Source: Alphaproteobacteria bacterium (GTDB lineage Bacteria; Pseudomonadota; Alphaproteobacteria; Caulobacterales; Caulobacteraceae). From it: a DNA stretch of 39,567 nt. The translations under genes and the position numbers were made by a program. The notes below the pieces were generated by a model that was not told the origin of the DNA, did not search any database, and saw nothing but the letters and a program-made list of their open reading frames with translations. The stretch lies in contig JAHINZ010000243.1 in NCBI GenBank assembly GCA_018895795.1, positions 1 through 39,567 of the forward strand, in the 5' to 3' direction. Below are positions 21,652 through 31,853 of the stretch, one piece after another. Position 1 is the first letter of the stretch; every line of letters starts with the position of its first letter.

Positions 21652-22056
21652 TCAGGCGCCGATGACGGCCAACATCCAGATCGCCCGTCCCAGGGCGCCA
21701 AACAGCAGCACCGCCGTCGCCAGGGCCTGGATCATGAAGCCCAGCTCGCGCTTGTCGGCCGAGGCGGCATAGCCCAGGGCGTAGAGGATCCGGCCCACGA
21801 TCCAGATCGCGCCGACGATCGTGGCGACCATGTCGTTCCAGTAGATCGCGAACAGCCACAGCGACGGCAGGAAGATCGGCAGCCATTCCAGCGTATTGGC
21901 CTGGACGCGAATATGCCGCTCCAGCTCGGGATCGCCGGTCATGCAGGGCGCGTGGATGCCGCACTTCTTGCGCGCCCCGCCGACCCTGACGCCCATCCAG
22001 ACATAAACGAGTAGGGCCACCAGCGTGACGACGGCGACCCAGGAATGCGGCTGCAT
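21652..22056 (-). CDS. MAPEG-family protein
   Basis: RVQANTLE, GRILYALGY. Confidence 0.9.
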   Translation of the reverse strand: MQPHSWVAVVTLVALLVYVWMGVRVGGARKKCGIHAPCMTGDPELERHIRVQANTLEWLPIFLPSLWLFAIYWNDMVATIVGAIWIVGRILYALGYAASADKRELGFMIQALATAVLLFGALGRAIWMLAVIGA

Positions 22057-22298
22057 GTGTGTTTCTCCCCTGCGGCCCATCGGACGGGGCCTTGAACCGG
22101 CAAGCTTAGCCAGCTTCGCGCGATTTGCATCCGCCCGTTGTCGGCGTCGCGGATTTGGCCCGTGGGGCCCCTTGGGGTATGTGCGCGTCGAGCGAGGCCT
22201 CGTCCTCGCGATCGGCCCGGCCTTCCGGCCAGGGAACCGACCGCGGGGCAAGAGCGCTTCTGTTCCAGGAATGACCCCTCATCGCGGAGGCCCAGGCC

Positions 22299-22499
22299 AT
22301 GCGAGTGAACGCCACGCCGATCGCCCAGATCGACTACAGCCCCGAGCACGGCAAGCTGTTCGTCACGTTCCATGACGGCGACGAATATGTCTATGTCGGG
22401 GTGCCCGAGCGGGTCAGCACCGCCTTTGTGCGCTCGCCTGTGAAGGGCCGCTTCTTCCAGCGGATCATCCGGGATCGTTATCCGTACAACCGGATGTAA
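22299..22499 (+). CDS. KTSC-domain protein
   Basis: IDY...LFVTF.DG..YVY.GVP...SPVKGRFF..IRDRY; GGAGG RBS. Confidence 0.85.
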   Translation: MRVNATPIAQIDYSPEHGKLFVTFHDGDEYVYVGVPERVSTAFVRSPVKGRFFQRIIRDRYPYNRM

Positions 22500-22536
22500 A
22501 ACACGCGGCCCGCGCCTAGGGCGAGGCCAAGGTAAT

Positions 22537-22992
22537 TTGCAGCTCTGGGTAGAATTGGCTACGCTCCCGGTCTTGGATGCTGACCAGCCTCTTACTGCCG
22601 ATGCCTTTCTCAGGATGGCGGAGGGCAAGCGCATTGTCGCACTTGCGATGGCGGACCATAAATTCGCCTGTCGCGAAGCTTGGATGGCAGCCGGCTTTGC
22701 CGTTGAGTTCTCCCTCAAGGCGCTGATAATCCGGCGCGAACGCCTAAATGCTTGGCCCTCCAGAGAGGCGCGGCCTGATCTTTATACCCATAATTTGCGC
22801 GGACTTTTCGAAGCTGCGGGTGTTGACCTCACGCGTACGCCGCGAGCCCTGCGTGGCTCGATTCGCACGGTTCTGGATTGGATCCGCGCTCACGAGTATA
22901 GTTCCGGAAGAATGAGCCGCGCCAATGCACGCAGCATGGTGTCGGCAGCATTCGATCGAGAAGGAGTGGTCGCGTGGCTGGGCAGCCTGTGA
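22537..22992 (+). CDS. HEPN-domain protein (start uncertain)
   Basis: AGFAVEFSLKALI and THNLRGL resemble the HEPN E..LKA...HxL signature; AT-richer codons. Confidence 0.6.
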   Translation: MQLWVELATLPVLDADQPLTADAFLRMAEGKRIVALAMADHKFACREAWMAAGFAVEFSLKALIIRRERLNAWPSREARPDLYTHNLRGLFEAAGVDLTRTPRALRGSIRTVLDWIRAHEYSSGRMSRANARSMVSAAFDREGVVAWLGSL

Positions 22993-23471
22993 TCGAGATG
23001 GAACGGCGACTTAAAGGCGGCCGGGAGTATCTCTCGGCCTTGAAAAAGCTCGGCTTTATACCGGATGCGCTTCTGTGGGCCGGCGTCGGCGACCAAGCGG
23101 CTAACGGGGCCATGGAATTGCTAATTGTCACCAGTTGGGTCGATGAAATTGGCCCAAAGGCGATCTACGATCTTCTTTTTGAAGCTTATGACGCCAGCGC
23201 CACGCCGAAGGACATCGACCCCTTCATCGTAACCCTTTTCAGCCCCCAAACGCAGATCGCGATCGACCTCAAAAACGCGATCTACACGTTGCGGTCAGAT
23301 GCACAGGCAAAACCCTCGAAGGGGGCCAGACCGGTGCTGGTTCTGGGTATGATGGATTACTACACAATCCCGTCATGGATCATTTTTTCGCGGCGATCGA
23401 AGTCCGATCACTTCGACACCCTGCGCCGCTTTCACGCTTTCCAGAACAACGTGGCTAAGCTCGCCGCCTAA
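22974..23471 (+). CDS. Hypothetical protein, possible divergent nucleotidyltransferase-fold partner of the HEPN protein
   Basis: Overlaps the HEPN stop; AGGAG RBS at 22962; LLIVTSWVDEIGPKAIY motif. Confidence 0.65.
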   Translation: MAGQPVIEMERRLKGGREYLSALKKLGFIPDALLWAGVGDQAANGAMELLIVTSWVDEIGPKAIYDLLFEAYDASATPKDIDPFIVTLFSPQTQIAIDLKNAIYTLRSDAQAKPSKGARPVLVLGMMDYYTIPSWIIFSRRSKSDHFDTLRRFHAFQNNVAKLAA

Positions 23472-23545
23472 AGCGGGGGCCGCTCGTGCGTTGATGACCC
23501 TAGGCGCGCCGCCGACTGAGCCGGCGCGCCCATAGACCTGTCGAC

Positions 23546-24769
23546 CTAGCGCCGATCGCGCTTGGCCAGCACGCGCAGGCGCAGGGCGTTGAGCTTGATG
23601 AAGCCGCCGGCGTCGCGGTGATCGTAGGCGACCTTGCCTTCCTCGAACGTCACCAGGTCCTGGTCGTACAGGCTGTAGGGGCTGGTGCGGCCGATGATGG
23701 AGACATTGCCCTTGTAGAGCTTGATCCGCACCTGGCCGGTGACCTTGGCCTGGCTGTAGTCGATGGCCGCCTGCAGCATCTCGCGCTCGGGGGCGAACCA
23801 GAAGCCGTTATAGACCAGCGATGCGTATTTCGGCATCAGCTCGTCCTTCAGGTGCATCGCGCCGCGATCGAGCGTGATCGACTCGATGCCGCGGTGGGCG
23901 GCCAGCAGGATGGTGCCGCCGGGGGTCTCATAGACGCCGCGCGACTTCATGCCGACGAAGCGGTTTTCCACCAGGTCCAGGCGACCGACGCCATTGTCGT
24001 GACCCAGCTGGTTGAGCTTGGTCAGCAGCGTGGCCGGCGACATCGCCACGCCGTCGATGGCGACCGGGTCGCCCTTCTCGAAGTCCATCGTGAAGACGTG
24101 CGGGGTGTCGGGGGCGTCTTCCGGCGCGATGGTGCGCATGTGGACGAATTCGGGGGCCTCGACGGCCGGATCTTCCAGCACCTTGCCCTCGGACGAGGAG
24201 TGCAGAAGGTTGGCGTCGACGCTGAACGGCGCTTCGCCGCGCTTGTCCTTGGCGATCTGGATCTGGTGCTTCTCGGCGAACTCCAGCAGGGCCTCGCGCG
24301 ACTTGAAGTCCCACTCGCGCCACGGGGCGATCACGTGGATGTCGGGCTCGAGGGCGTAATAGCCCAGCTCGAAGCGGACCTGGTCATTGCCCTTGCCGGT
24401 GGCGCCGTGGCTGACCGCGTCGGCGCCGACCTTGCGGGCGATCTCGATCTGCTTCTTGGCGATCAGCGGCCGGGCGATCGAGGTGCCCAGCAGGTACTGG
24501 CCTTCATAGACCGTGTTGGCGCGGAACATCGGGAAGACGTAGTCGCGCACGAACTCCTCGCGCACGTCCTCGATGAAGATGTTCTCCGGCTTGACGCCGG
24601 CGGCCAGGGCCTTGGCCCGCGCCGGTTCGATTTCCTCGCCCTGGCCCAGGTCGGCGGTGAAGGTGATGACCTCCGCGCCGTACTCGGTCTGCAGCCACTT
24701 GAGGATGATCGAGGTGTCGAGGCCGCCCGAATAGGCGAGAACGACCTTCTTCACGGGCTTGGCGGCCAT
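23546..24769 (-). CDS. argG: Argininosuccinate synthase
   Basis: [34 protein letters not shown]. Confidence 0.98.
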   Translation of the reverse strand: MAAKPVKKVVLAYSGGLDTSIILKWLQTEYGAEVITFTADLGQGEEIEPARAKALAAGVKPENIFIEDVREEFVRDYVFPMFRANTVYEGQYLLGTSIARPLIAKKQIEIARKVGADAVSHGATGKGNDQVRFELGYYALEPDIHVIAPWREWDFKSREALLEFAEKHQIQIAKDKRGEAPFSVDANLLHSSSEGKVLEDPAVEAPEFVHMRTIAPEDAPDTPHVFTMDFEKGDPVAIDGVAMSPATLLTKLNQLGHDNGVGRLDLVENRFVGMKSRGVYETPGGTILLAAHRGIESITLDRGAMHLKDELMPKYASLVYNGFWFAPEREMLQAAIDYSQAKVTGQVRIKLYKGNVSIIGRTSPYSLYDQDLVTFEEGKVAYDHRDAGGFIKLNALRLRVLAKRDRR

Positions 24770-24855
24770 GGGCGGGGATCCTTCCGGAGAAACACAAAGT
24801 CGCGCGCGTTCAAGGGCGCCGGGGGCTTCGGGTCAAGACCTAATGGGCGGGGCGC

Positions 24856-25218
24856 CTAAAGGCTGCCGTCGTCCCGAAGGGTCTTGAGGGCGAACCGCAG
24901 GTGCAGCAGGTGGGCCAGGGCCAGCATCGCCGCCAGGGTGGCGCGGGCGCACAGCACCATCGCCGCCTCCAGCCCCCGCACCCGGAAGGTCGCGCCCGAC
25001 AGGGTGAAGGCGAAGATCACCGCCATGGCGACCGCCGGGATCAGCAGCAGGCCCACGGCCTTGGGGGCGCGCCAGACGGCCTTGTCGGCAAAGCCCCACT
25101 GGATCGGCACGGCCACGCCCGCGGGGATCCGCCGCCAGGCGGCCAGGGCCGTCGAGGCGATGATCGCCAGGGCGGCGATGGACAGGCCGTCGCCGAGGAT
25201 CCGCAGGGCGGTCTCCAT
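24856..25218 (-). CDS. Small three-TM membrane protein (DUF1648-like)
   Basis: VPIQWG motif, hydrophobic helices, starts 4 bp after the kup stop. Confidence 0.7.
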   Translation of the reverse strand: METALRILGDGLSIAALAIIASTALAAWRRIPAGVAVPIQWGFADKAVWRAPKAVGLLLIPAVAMAVIFAFTLSGATFRVRGLEAAMVLCARATLAAMLALAHLLHLRFALKTLRDDGSL

Positions 25219-25222
25219 CGCC

Positions 25223-27181
25223 CTAGACCGTGACCTGCGCGCCCAGCTCGACCACGCGGCCGGGGGGGATCTTGAAGAAGTCGGTCGGATTGGCGGCGTT
25301 CTTCATCAGGAAGATGAACACCTTGTCCTGCCACAGCGGCATGCCGCTGTTGGCCGACGGCACGATCGAGCGGCGGCCCAGGAAGAAGCTGGTGGCCATG
25401 ATGTCGAACTTCAGCCCCTGCTTGCGGCACACCGCCAGCGCCTTGGGCAGGTTGGGGCTCTCCATGAAGCCGTAGGTGATGACCACCTTCTTGAAGTCGT
25501 CATTGACCTTCTCGATCTTGACCCGGTCGTCCTCGGCCACCCGCGGCGTTTCGGCCGTGCGGACGGTCAGGATGACGTTGCGCTCGTGCAGAACCTTGTT
25601 GTGCTTGAGGTTGTGCATCAGGGCGACCGGCGTCATGTCGGGATCGGAGGTCAGGAAGATCGCCGTGCCGGAGGCCCTGTGTGGCGCGCGGGCCCGCAGG
25701 ATCTCCATCAGATCCACCAGCGGCACGCTGTCGCGACGGGTCTTGTCGGTCAGGATCTGGGCGCCCCGCGTCCAGGTCCACATGATCAGCACCAGCAGAG
25801 CGCCGAAGGCCAGCGGCAGCCAGGCGCCGTCGGGGATCTTCAGCATGTTGGAGGCGATGAACACCAGGTCCAGCACCGCCAGCGGCACCAGCAGCAGAGC
25901 GGTCTGCCACAGGGTCCACTTCCACACCTGGCGGATGACCACATAGGCCAGCAGGGTGTCGACGAACATCGCGCCGGTCACGGCGATGCCGTAGGCGCTG
26001 GCCAGCTTGTGCGAGCTCTGGAACATCAGCAGCAGGATCAGCACGCCAACCAGCAGGAAGGTGTTGACGGCCGGCACGAAGATCTGGCCGGCCTGGGTCT
26101 CGGACGTGCGCTTGATGTCGATGCGCGGCAACAGGCCCAGTTGCACGGCCTGTTGGGTCATCGAAAAGGCCCCGGTGATCACCGCCTGCGAGGCGATGAC
26201 CGTGGCCATGGTGGCCATGATCAGCACGGGCCAATAGGCGAAGGTCGGGACCATTTCCCAGAAAGGATTATGCCGCGCCGACGGATGGTCCAGCACCAGA
26301 GAACCCTGGCCCAGATAGTTCAGGGCCAGACACGGGAAGACCAGCCACAGCCAGGCGGCGCGGATCGGCGCCTTGCCGAAATGGCCCATGTCGGCATAGA
26401 GCGCCTCGGCCCCGGTCACCACCAGGAACACGCTGCCCAGGATCACGAAGCCCAGAAAGCCGTTCTCGAGCAGGAAACGCAGGCCATACCAGGGATTGAA
26501 CGCCCGCAGGATCGACAGGTCGTCGGCCAGGTGCCAGGCGCCGAGGGCCCCCAGGATCAGGAACCACACCGCCGTGATCGGGCCGAACAGCGCCGCCATG
26601 CGGTGCGTGCCCTTGGCCTGAACCATGAACAGCATGATCAGGATGCCGGCCGAGATCGGCAGGATGTAGGGCGTCAGGGCGTGACCGACGTGCGGCGCGT
26701 CCTTCAGGCCCTCGACCGCCGACAGCACCGAGATGGCCGGGGTGATGATGCCGTCGCCATAGAACAGCGCCGCGCCGATCACGCCCAGGAAGAACACCGC
26801 CACCGAACGCTTGCGCCCGGCCTTGCCCAAAGCCTTCTGGGCCAGGGCCATCAGGGCCAGGGTGCCGCCCTCGCCCTTGTTGTCGGCGCGCATGAAGAAG
26901 ATGACGTATTTGATCGTCACGAACAGGGTCAGGGTCCACAGCACCAACGACACCACCCCCAGCACCGCGTGCTCGATGCCGGTGGTGTTGTGGGAGTGGG
27001 CCAGGGCTTCACGCAGGGCGTAGAGCGGGCTGGTGCCGATGTCGCCGAACACCACGCCCACGGCGCCGAGCGCGAGCGCCATGAAGCCGTGACCCTTGGG
27101 GTCATGGCCGGCCTGCTGCGGAATGTCGGAAGAGGCGGGGTCGCTGTCCAAGGACGGCGCGCTGGAGGCTTCGGAAGCCAT
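25223..27181 (-). CDS. kup: Potassium transporter Kup
   Basis: GVVFGDIGTSPLY, GEGGTLAL, EALYADMGHFG, YGFMESP. Confidence 0.97.
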   Translation of the reverse strand: MASEASSAPSLDSDPASSDIPQQAGHDPKGHGFMALALGAVGVVFGDIGTSPLYALREALAHSHNTTGIEHAVLGVVSLVLWTLTLFVTIKYVIFFMRADNKGEGGTLALMALAQKALGKAGRKRSVAVFFLGVIGAALFYGDGIITPAISVLSAVEGLKDAPHVGHALTPYILPISAGILIMLFMVQAKGTHRMAALFGPITAVWFLILGALGAWHLADDLSILRAFNPWYGLRFLLENGFLGFVILGSVFLVVTGAEALYADMGHFGKAPIRAAWLWLVFPCLALNYLGQGSLVLDHPSARHNPFWEMVPTFAYWPVLIMATMATVIASQAVITGAFSMTQQAVQLGLLPRIDIKRTSETQAGQIFVPAVNTFLLVGVLILLLMFQSSHKLASAYGIAVTGAMFVDTLLAYVVIRQVWKWTLWQTALLLVPLAVLDLVFIASNMLKIPDGAWLPLAFGALLVLIMWTWTRGAQILTDKTRRDSVPLVDLMEILRARAPHRASGTAIFLTSDPDMTPVALMHNLKHNKVLHERNVILTVRTAETPRVAEDDRVKIEKVNDDFKKVVITYGFMESPNLPKALAVCRKQGLKFDIMATSFFLGRRSIVPSANSGMPLWQDKVFIFLMKNAANPTDFFKIPPGRVVELGAQVTV

Positions 27182-27466
27182 TCAATGTCTCCGGGCGTCC
27201 CCTCTCGCAAAATGCGCGAGGCGGGCCCATATCGATCAAGCGCGGCGCGATACACCCAATCTGATCCGGGTTCAATCGCGCTGCAACGCGGCGCTAGGGC
27301 CTTCCTTGACGAACGACAAGCAGAAAAGGCCTTGGGCCCCGATATTGCGATGCGTCTTACCGCCGTCAAACCGAGGACAGTCTGGTGAACCGCGCTTCGC
27401 AAGCATTTGAGCGCGTGACGAGTTTTTGATTGAACGCGCGCGCGGCGCCCTTACGTTCTGGTAGAG

Positions 27467-27892
27467 ATGTCCGACAGCCAAAAATTTCCCGTGGCGGCCC
27501 ACGCCCTCGCCTATCTGGCGCACAAGGAAGCCTTTTCGGCGGATCGCGCGGTGGCGAGCGCCGAGCTGGCCGCCTCGATGCCGACCAATCCCGTCGTCGT
27601 GCGACGCGTCACCGCCATGCTCGGCAAGGCCGGGCTGATCGCGGCCCGGGCCGGCGCCAATGGCGGGACCTGGCTGCTGAAGCCCGCCAGCGAAATCACC
27701 CTGGACGTCGTGCTGCGGGCCGTGAACGGCTGCGCCCACCTGGGCGTGGCCCCACCAGGGGTCAAGGGCTGCCCGGTCGGCGAGAAGATCCCCGACGCCG
27801 TCCGCGCCGCCATCACCGCCGCCGACACGGCCGCCGCCGAGCGCCTGGGCCTGATCACCGTGGCCGACCTGCTGGCCGACGCGGCGGGCTGA
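27467..27892 (+). CDS. Rrf2-family transcriptional regulator
   Basis: SAELAASMPTNPVVVRR, GANGG, EITL..V, CPVG. Confidence 0.9.
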   Translation: MSDSQKFPVAAHALAYLAHKEAFSADRAVASAELAASMPTNPVVVRRVTAMLGKAGLIAARAGANGGTWLLKPASEITLDVVLRAVNGCAHLGVAPPGVKGCPVGEKIPDAVRAAITAADTAAAERLGLITVADLLADAAG

Positions 27893-27897
27893 AAATA

Positions 27898-27922
27898 CCC
27901 TTCTCCCTGTGTGGGAGAAGGG
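27898..27922. repeat. Solo family-A hairpin / possible terminator
   Basis: CCCTTCTCCC-TGTGT-GGGAGAAGGG, same core as 34249-34390. Confidence 0.6.
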
Positions 27923-28046
27923 ATTCACCCCAACTGACCCCCCCTCAGAAAAACTGCACCAGCATTTGTTGCTGATCTCCTGGCGAAGCTGAAAAGCGAT
28001 ATTACGTAATCGCTACAGTTTCAGTTCCTAAACAGGGGATATCCTC

Positions 28047-28652
28047 ATGACCACCGTCGCCATCGTTTATCATTCCGGTTACGGCCATACCGCCGTCCTC
28101 GCCGACAAGGTCGCCCAGGGCGTCCGTGACGCCGGCCAGACCGCCGTGCTGCTGCCCATCGAAAGCGCCGCCCAGGACTTCGCGCCGCTGATCGAGGCGG
28201 CGACCAAGGCCGACGCCATCGTCTTCGGCGCTCCCACCTACATGGGCGACGTCTCCGGCGTGTTCAAAGTGTTCGCCGACGCCACCGCCGGCGTCTTCTT
28301 CACCGGCGGCTGGAAGGACAAGCTGGCCGCGGGCTTCACCAATTCGCACAGCTTCGCCGGCGACAAGGGCCACGCCCTGGCCAGCCTGACGATCCTGGCC
28401 GCCCAGCACGGCATGAACTGGGTCAATCTCGGCGTCCCGTCGCCCACCGTCGTCGCCGCCGAACGCGGGCCCGACACCCTCAACCGGGTCGGCTCGTTCA
28501 TCGGCCTGGCCGCCCAGAGCGACAACGCCTCGCCCGAGATCACCCCGCCGGCCGGCGATCGCGAGACCGCCCGCCTGCTGGGCGAGCGTATCGCCAAGGC
28601 CGCCCTGCGCTGGACGCAAGGCGCCGACGCGGTCCTCGACAAGGCCGCCTAA
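28047..28652 (+). CDS. WrbA-like flavodoxin family protein
   Basis: YHSGYGHT, FGAPTYMG, WKDKLAAGFTNS. Confidence 0.9.
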   Translation: MTTVAIVYHSGYGHTAVLADKVAQGVRDAGQTAVLLPIESAAQDFAPLIEAATKADAIVFGAPTYMGDVSGVFKVFADATAGVFFTGGWKDKLAAGFTNSHSFAGDKGHALASLTILAAQHGMNWVNLGVPSPTVVAAERGPDTLNRVGSFIGLAAQSDNASPEITPPAGDRETARLLGERIAKAALRWTQGADAVLDKAA

Positions 28653-28847
28653 ACCCGCACTCGCTCGCCGCGCCCCTCCCCGGCGAGAGAGCCGTCACGC
28701 AGCGTGAGCCCGCGCCGTGACCCGAAGGGGCGCCGATTCCCCGGCGCCCCTTCCCCCTTTCCCGCGCACGCTTTCCCGCGCCTTGAACCAAATCGCGGGT
28801 CGTGCTGGTCTTCAGCGAAGTTTCGCTTTCGCATCGGACACGCCCCC

Positions 28848-29648
28848 ATGGCCCGTCGCCTCGCCCTGATCACCGGCGCCTCCGCCGGCATCGGGGCCGC
28901 CTTCGCCCGCATCCTGGCCAGCCATGGCTATGACGTGGCCCTGACCGCGCGTCGCGCCGATCGCCTGGAGGCCCTGGCCGCCGAGATCCGCCTGCGCTAC
29001 GGCGTCGAGGCCTACGCCATCCCCGCCGACCTGGCCGATCCCGCCGGGGTCGACGCCGTGCTGGCCGGGGTCGAGGCCCAGGGCCGGGTGGTCGACGCCC
29101 TGGTCAATAACGCCGGCTACGGCCTGCCTGGGACCTATGCGACCACCGCCTGGAGCGACCAGGGCAAGTTCCTGCAGGTGATGCTGACCTCGGTCTGCGA
29201 ACTGACCCACAAGGTGCTGCCGGGCATGGTCGAGCGCCGGTTCGGCCGCATCGTCAATGTCGCCTCGCTGGCCGGCCTGGTCCCCGGCGCGGCCGGCCAC
29301 ACCCTGTATGCGGCGACCAAGGGCTTTCTGGTGAAGTTCTCCCAGAGCCTGCACCTGGAGAACCTGGCGACCGGGGTCCATGTCTCGGCCCTGTGCCCCG
29401 GCTTCACCTATTCGGAATTCCACGACGTCAACGGCACCCGCGCCCAGGTCAACCAGGGCGTGCCCGACTGGTTGTGGATGGGCGCCGACGAGGTGGCCGC
29501 CACCGGCTACGAGGCCGTCGAGGCCAACCGCCCGGTCTGCGTGCCCGGCGCGCCCAACAAGACCATCGCCGCGATCGCCAAGATTCTGCCGGACGACTGG
29601 GCCCTGGCCTTGATGGCCAACCAGGGCGGCAAGTTTCGGAAGGTCTAG
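28848..29648 (+). CDS. SDR-family oxidoreductase
   Basis: TGASAGIG, NNAGYG, YAATK; start taken at ATG 28848. Confidence 0.9.
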   Translation: MARRLALITGASAGIGAAFARILASHGYDVALTARRADRLEALAAEIRLRYGVEAYAIPADLADPAGVDAVLAGVEAQGRVVDALVNNAGYGLPGTYATTAWSDQGKFLQVMLTSVCELTHKVLPGMVERRFGRIVNVASLAGLVPGAAGHTLYAATKGFLVKFSQSLHLENLATGVHVSALCPGFTYSEFHDVNGTRAQVNQGVPDWLWMGADEVAATGYEAVEANRPVCVPGAPNKTIAAIAKILPDDWALALMANQGGKFRKV

Positions 29649-29656
29649 AACGGCCG

Positions 29657-30271
29657 CTAGGGACCGCAGGTCCAGAGGCCGGAGATCACGCGGCGGGCCC
29701 CATCGGCCCGGTCATAGGTCAAGGTCGCGGGATAGCCGGGCGATTCGCCGCCGCCGACCGGCTTGGCGTCCGTCAGCGCCACGGACACGGTCTTGCCACG
29801 TCCCACAAAGGTGGCGCCCTTCAACATCGCGCCAAATCCGCCCCCATCCTTGGCGCCGACCTGCTCGACATAGTCGACAACCTTGACCACGCCTTGAGCC
29901 GAAGCCTTGGAGCCGACATCCCCCTTGGCCACCAGAAGCGGCGATTGCGTGGGCGAGGCGAAGCTGCAACCCAACTCCCCCGACAGATTGGCGGCTTGCA
30001 GGTCGGCGGCGGACAGGGCGTTCAGGATGATCGGCGAGCCGTCGCCGCCGACTGTATCGCCGGCGGGCGTGGCGTCAGCGCCGGTCGCGGGGGTCGGCGC
30101 GACGGGCGCGGTGGGCGCTGGGGTCGGCGCGGGTGGCGCGCCCTCCGACTGATCTTCGGGCGCGGTCGGCCCGGAGCAGGCCGCCATGACGAGCGCGATC
30201 ATCGCCGCCACGGGCGCGCGACGCCAACGGTAAGGCGTGGCGGGAACGCGTGATGCTTGGACGTCAGACAT
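29657..30271 (-). CDS. Hypothetical lipoprotein
   Basis: MAAC lipobox-like motif, Pro/Ala/Thr linker, Cys pair (GELGCSF, GLWTCGP). Confidence 0.7.
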   Translation of the reverse strand: MSDVQASRVPATPYRWRRAPVAAMIALVMAACSGPTAPEDQSEGAPPAPTPAPTAPVAPTPATGADATPAGDTVGGDGSPIILNALSAADLQAANLSGELGCSFASPTQSPLLVAKGDVGSKASAQGVVKVVDYVEQVGAKDGGGFGAMLKGATFVGRGKTVSVALTDAKPVGGGESPGYPATLTYDRADGARRVISGLWTCGP

Positions 30272-30375
30272 CTTCACCCTTCGGTCTGGCGGCGGCCCCG
30301 CACTTCGCCGGGCCGCCCTCGTAGACGCAACGCCACCCCCGCCGATTCGTTTCCGCGCCAGGATGGAGGTCGCGC

Positions 30376-31071
30376 CTATTTCCCGGCGGCGTACGGCGCC
30401 CTGGCGTCCTGAAGGACAAGTCCTCGCGTCGCGTCGCCCACCCCGGTCAGCACGAACTGCACCGCCAGGGCGCACAGGATCAGGCCCAGCACGCGCACCA
30501 CGATGCTCATGCCGATCCGGCCCAGGGCCCGGCTGATCAGGGGCGCGGCCCAGAACACCGCCACCAGCACCACCGACACCGCCGAGATCACCGCCACGCC
30601 CAGGCCCAGACCCGCCCAGCCGAACCGCTTGGCCTCGGCGGCGTAGATGATCACGGTCGAGATCGCGCCGGGCCCGATCAGCAACGGCATGGCGAACGGC
30701 ACGATCAGCCGCTCGAAGCGCTGCTTGGCGTAGACCCGGGCCGACTGGCCCTCGATCCCCTCGGCCGCGTCGGCGAACATGGTGGTGAAGTCGTCGCGCA
30801 CCATGTCCAGGCCCAGGATGAACAGGATGATGCCGCCGGCGATGCGGAAGGCCGGCATCGAGATGCCGAAGAAGGCCAACAGGCCCACGCCGCTGAAATA
30901 GAAGAAGATCAGGAAGGCGGCGACGAACAGCCCGATATAGACGGCCACCATCCGCCGGCCCGCGGCGGCCGCGCCCAGGGTGGCGGCGGCGAACAGCGGC
31001 ACATTGCCGATCGGGTCGATCAGGGCGAACAGGGCGACGAAGAAGTTGACGGCGAGTTTGGCCTCGGTCAT
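30376..31071 (-). CDS. MarC-family membrane protein
   Basis: LIDPIGNVP, FRIAGGIILF, VPFAMPLLIGPGAI. Confidence 0.92.
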   Translation of the reverse strand: MTEAKLAVNFFVALFALIDPIGNVPLFAAATLGAAAAGRRMVAVYIGLFVAAFLIFFYFSGVGLLAFFGISMPAFRIAGGIILFILGLDMVRDDFTTMFADAAEGIEGQSARVYAKQRFERLIVPFAMPLLIGPGAISTVIIYAAEAKRFGWAGLGLGVAVISAVSVVLVAVFWAAPLISRALGRIGMSIVVRVLGLILCALAVQFVLTGVGDATRGLVLQDARAPYAAGK

Positions 31072-31158
31072 TCGACGTCCCTACCTTTATCAAAGCGCCC
31101 GATCTTCGCCTGTCTTACGGTGAAGCGGGGCCGCGCGCCAACCCCTGGGGACAAGACC

Positions 31159-31848
31159 ATGACCGCCGACTCGCGCCTGATCGTCCCGCTGGACCTGCCC
31201 ACCGTCGACGAAGCCCGCGACATGGTCGAGCGGCTGGGCGACGCCGTCAGCTTCTACAAGATCGGGTTGGAGCTCTTGGCCACCGGCGGCATGGGCCTGG
31301 CCGCCGAACTGAAGGCCCAGGGCAAGTCGGTGTTCCTCGACTGGAAACTGCACGACATCGGCGCGACGGTGGAGCGCTCGGCCCGGGTGCTGGCCCAGGC
31401 GGGCTGTGATCTGCTGACCGTCCACGCCGAGCCGCAGGTGATGCGGGCGGCGGTGCTGGCGCGCGGCGGGTCGGATCTGAAGATCCTGGCGGTCACCGTG
31501 CTGACCAGCCTGACCGACGCCGACCTCAACGAGATGGGCTACGCTTTTGGGGCCCGCGACCTTGTCGAGCGCCGCATCCGTCAGGCCCTCGACTGCGGCG
31601 TCGACGGCGTGGTCTCCAGCCCCCATGAAGCGGCCTTGGCCCGCGAGATCGCCGGCCCAGACTTCCTGGTGGTGACGCCCGGCGTGCGCCCCTTCTGGTC
31701 GGCCAAGAACGACCAGGCCCGCGCCGCCACCCCCGAAGCCGCCCTGCGCGCCGGCGCCAGCCACCTGGTCTGCGGTCGGCCGATCACGGCCGCCAATGAC
31801 CCGCGCGAGGCGGCGCTGAAGGTGATCGCGGAGATGGCGGGGGTTTGA
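31159..31848 (+). CDS. pyrF: Orotidine-5'-phosphate decarboxylase
   Basis: FLDWKLHDIGATV, VTVLTS, TPGVRP, GRPI. Confidence 0.96.
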   Translation: MTADSRLIVPLDLPTVDEARDMVERLGDAVSFYKIGLELLATGGMGLAAELKAQGKSVFLDWKLHDIGATVERSARVLAQAGCDLLTVHAEPQVMRAAVLARGGSDLKILAVTVLTSLTDADLNEMGYAFGARDLVERRIRQALDCGVDGVVSSPHEAALAREIAGPDFLVVTPGVRPFWSAKNDQARAATPEAALRAGASHLVCGRPITAANDPREAALKVIAEMAGV

Positions 31849-31853
31849 AGCGG

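Noticed and set aside
24884-27388. 834-aa antisense ORF over kup (similar shadows over shkA, argG, rsmB, ggt)
   Set aside because: Shadow frames caused by GC3 bias, with no recognisable domains
29657-31093. 478-aa ORF spanning marC and the lipoprotein gene
   Set aside because: The upstream part is an alternative frame of marC; the real gene likely starts at 30271
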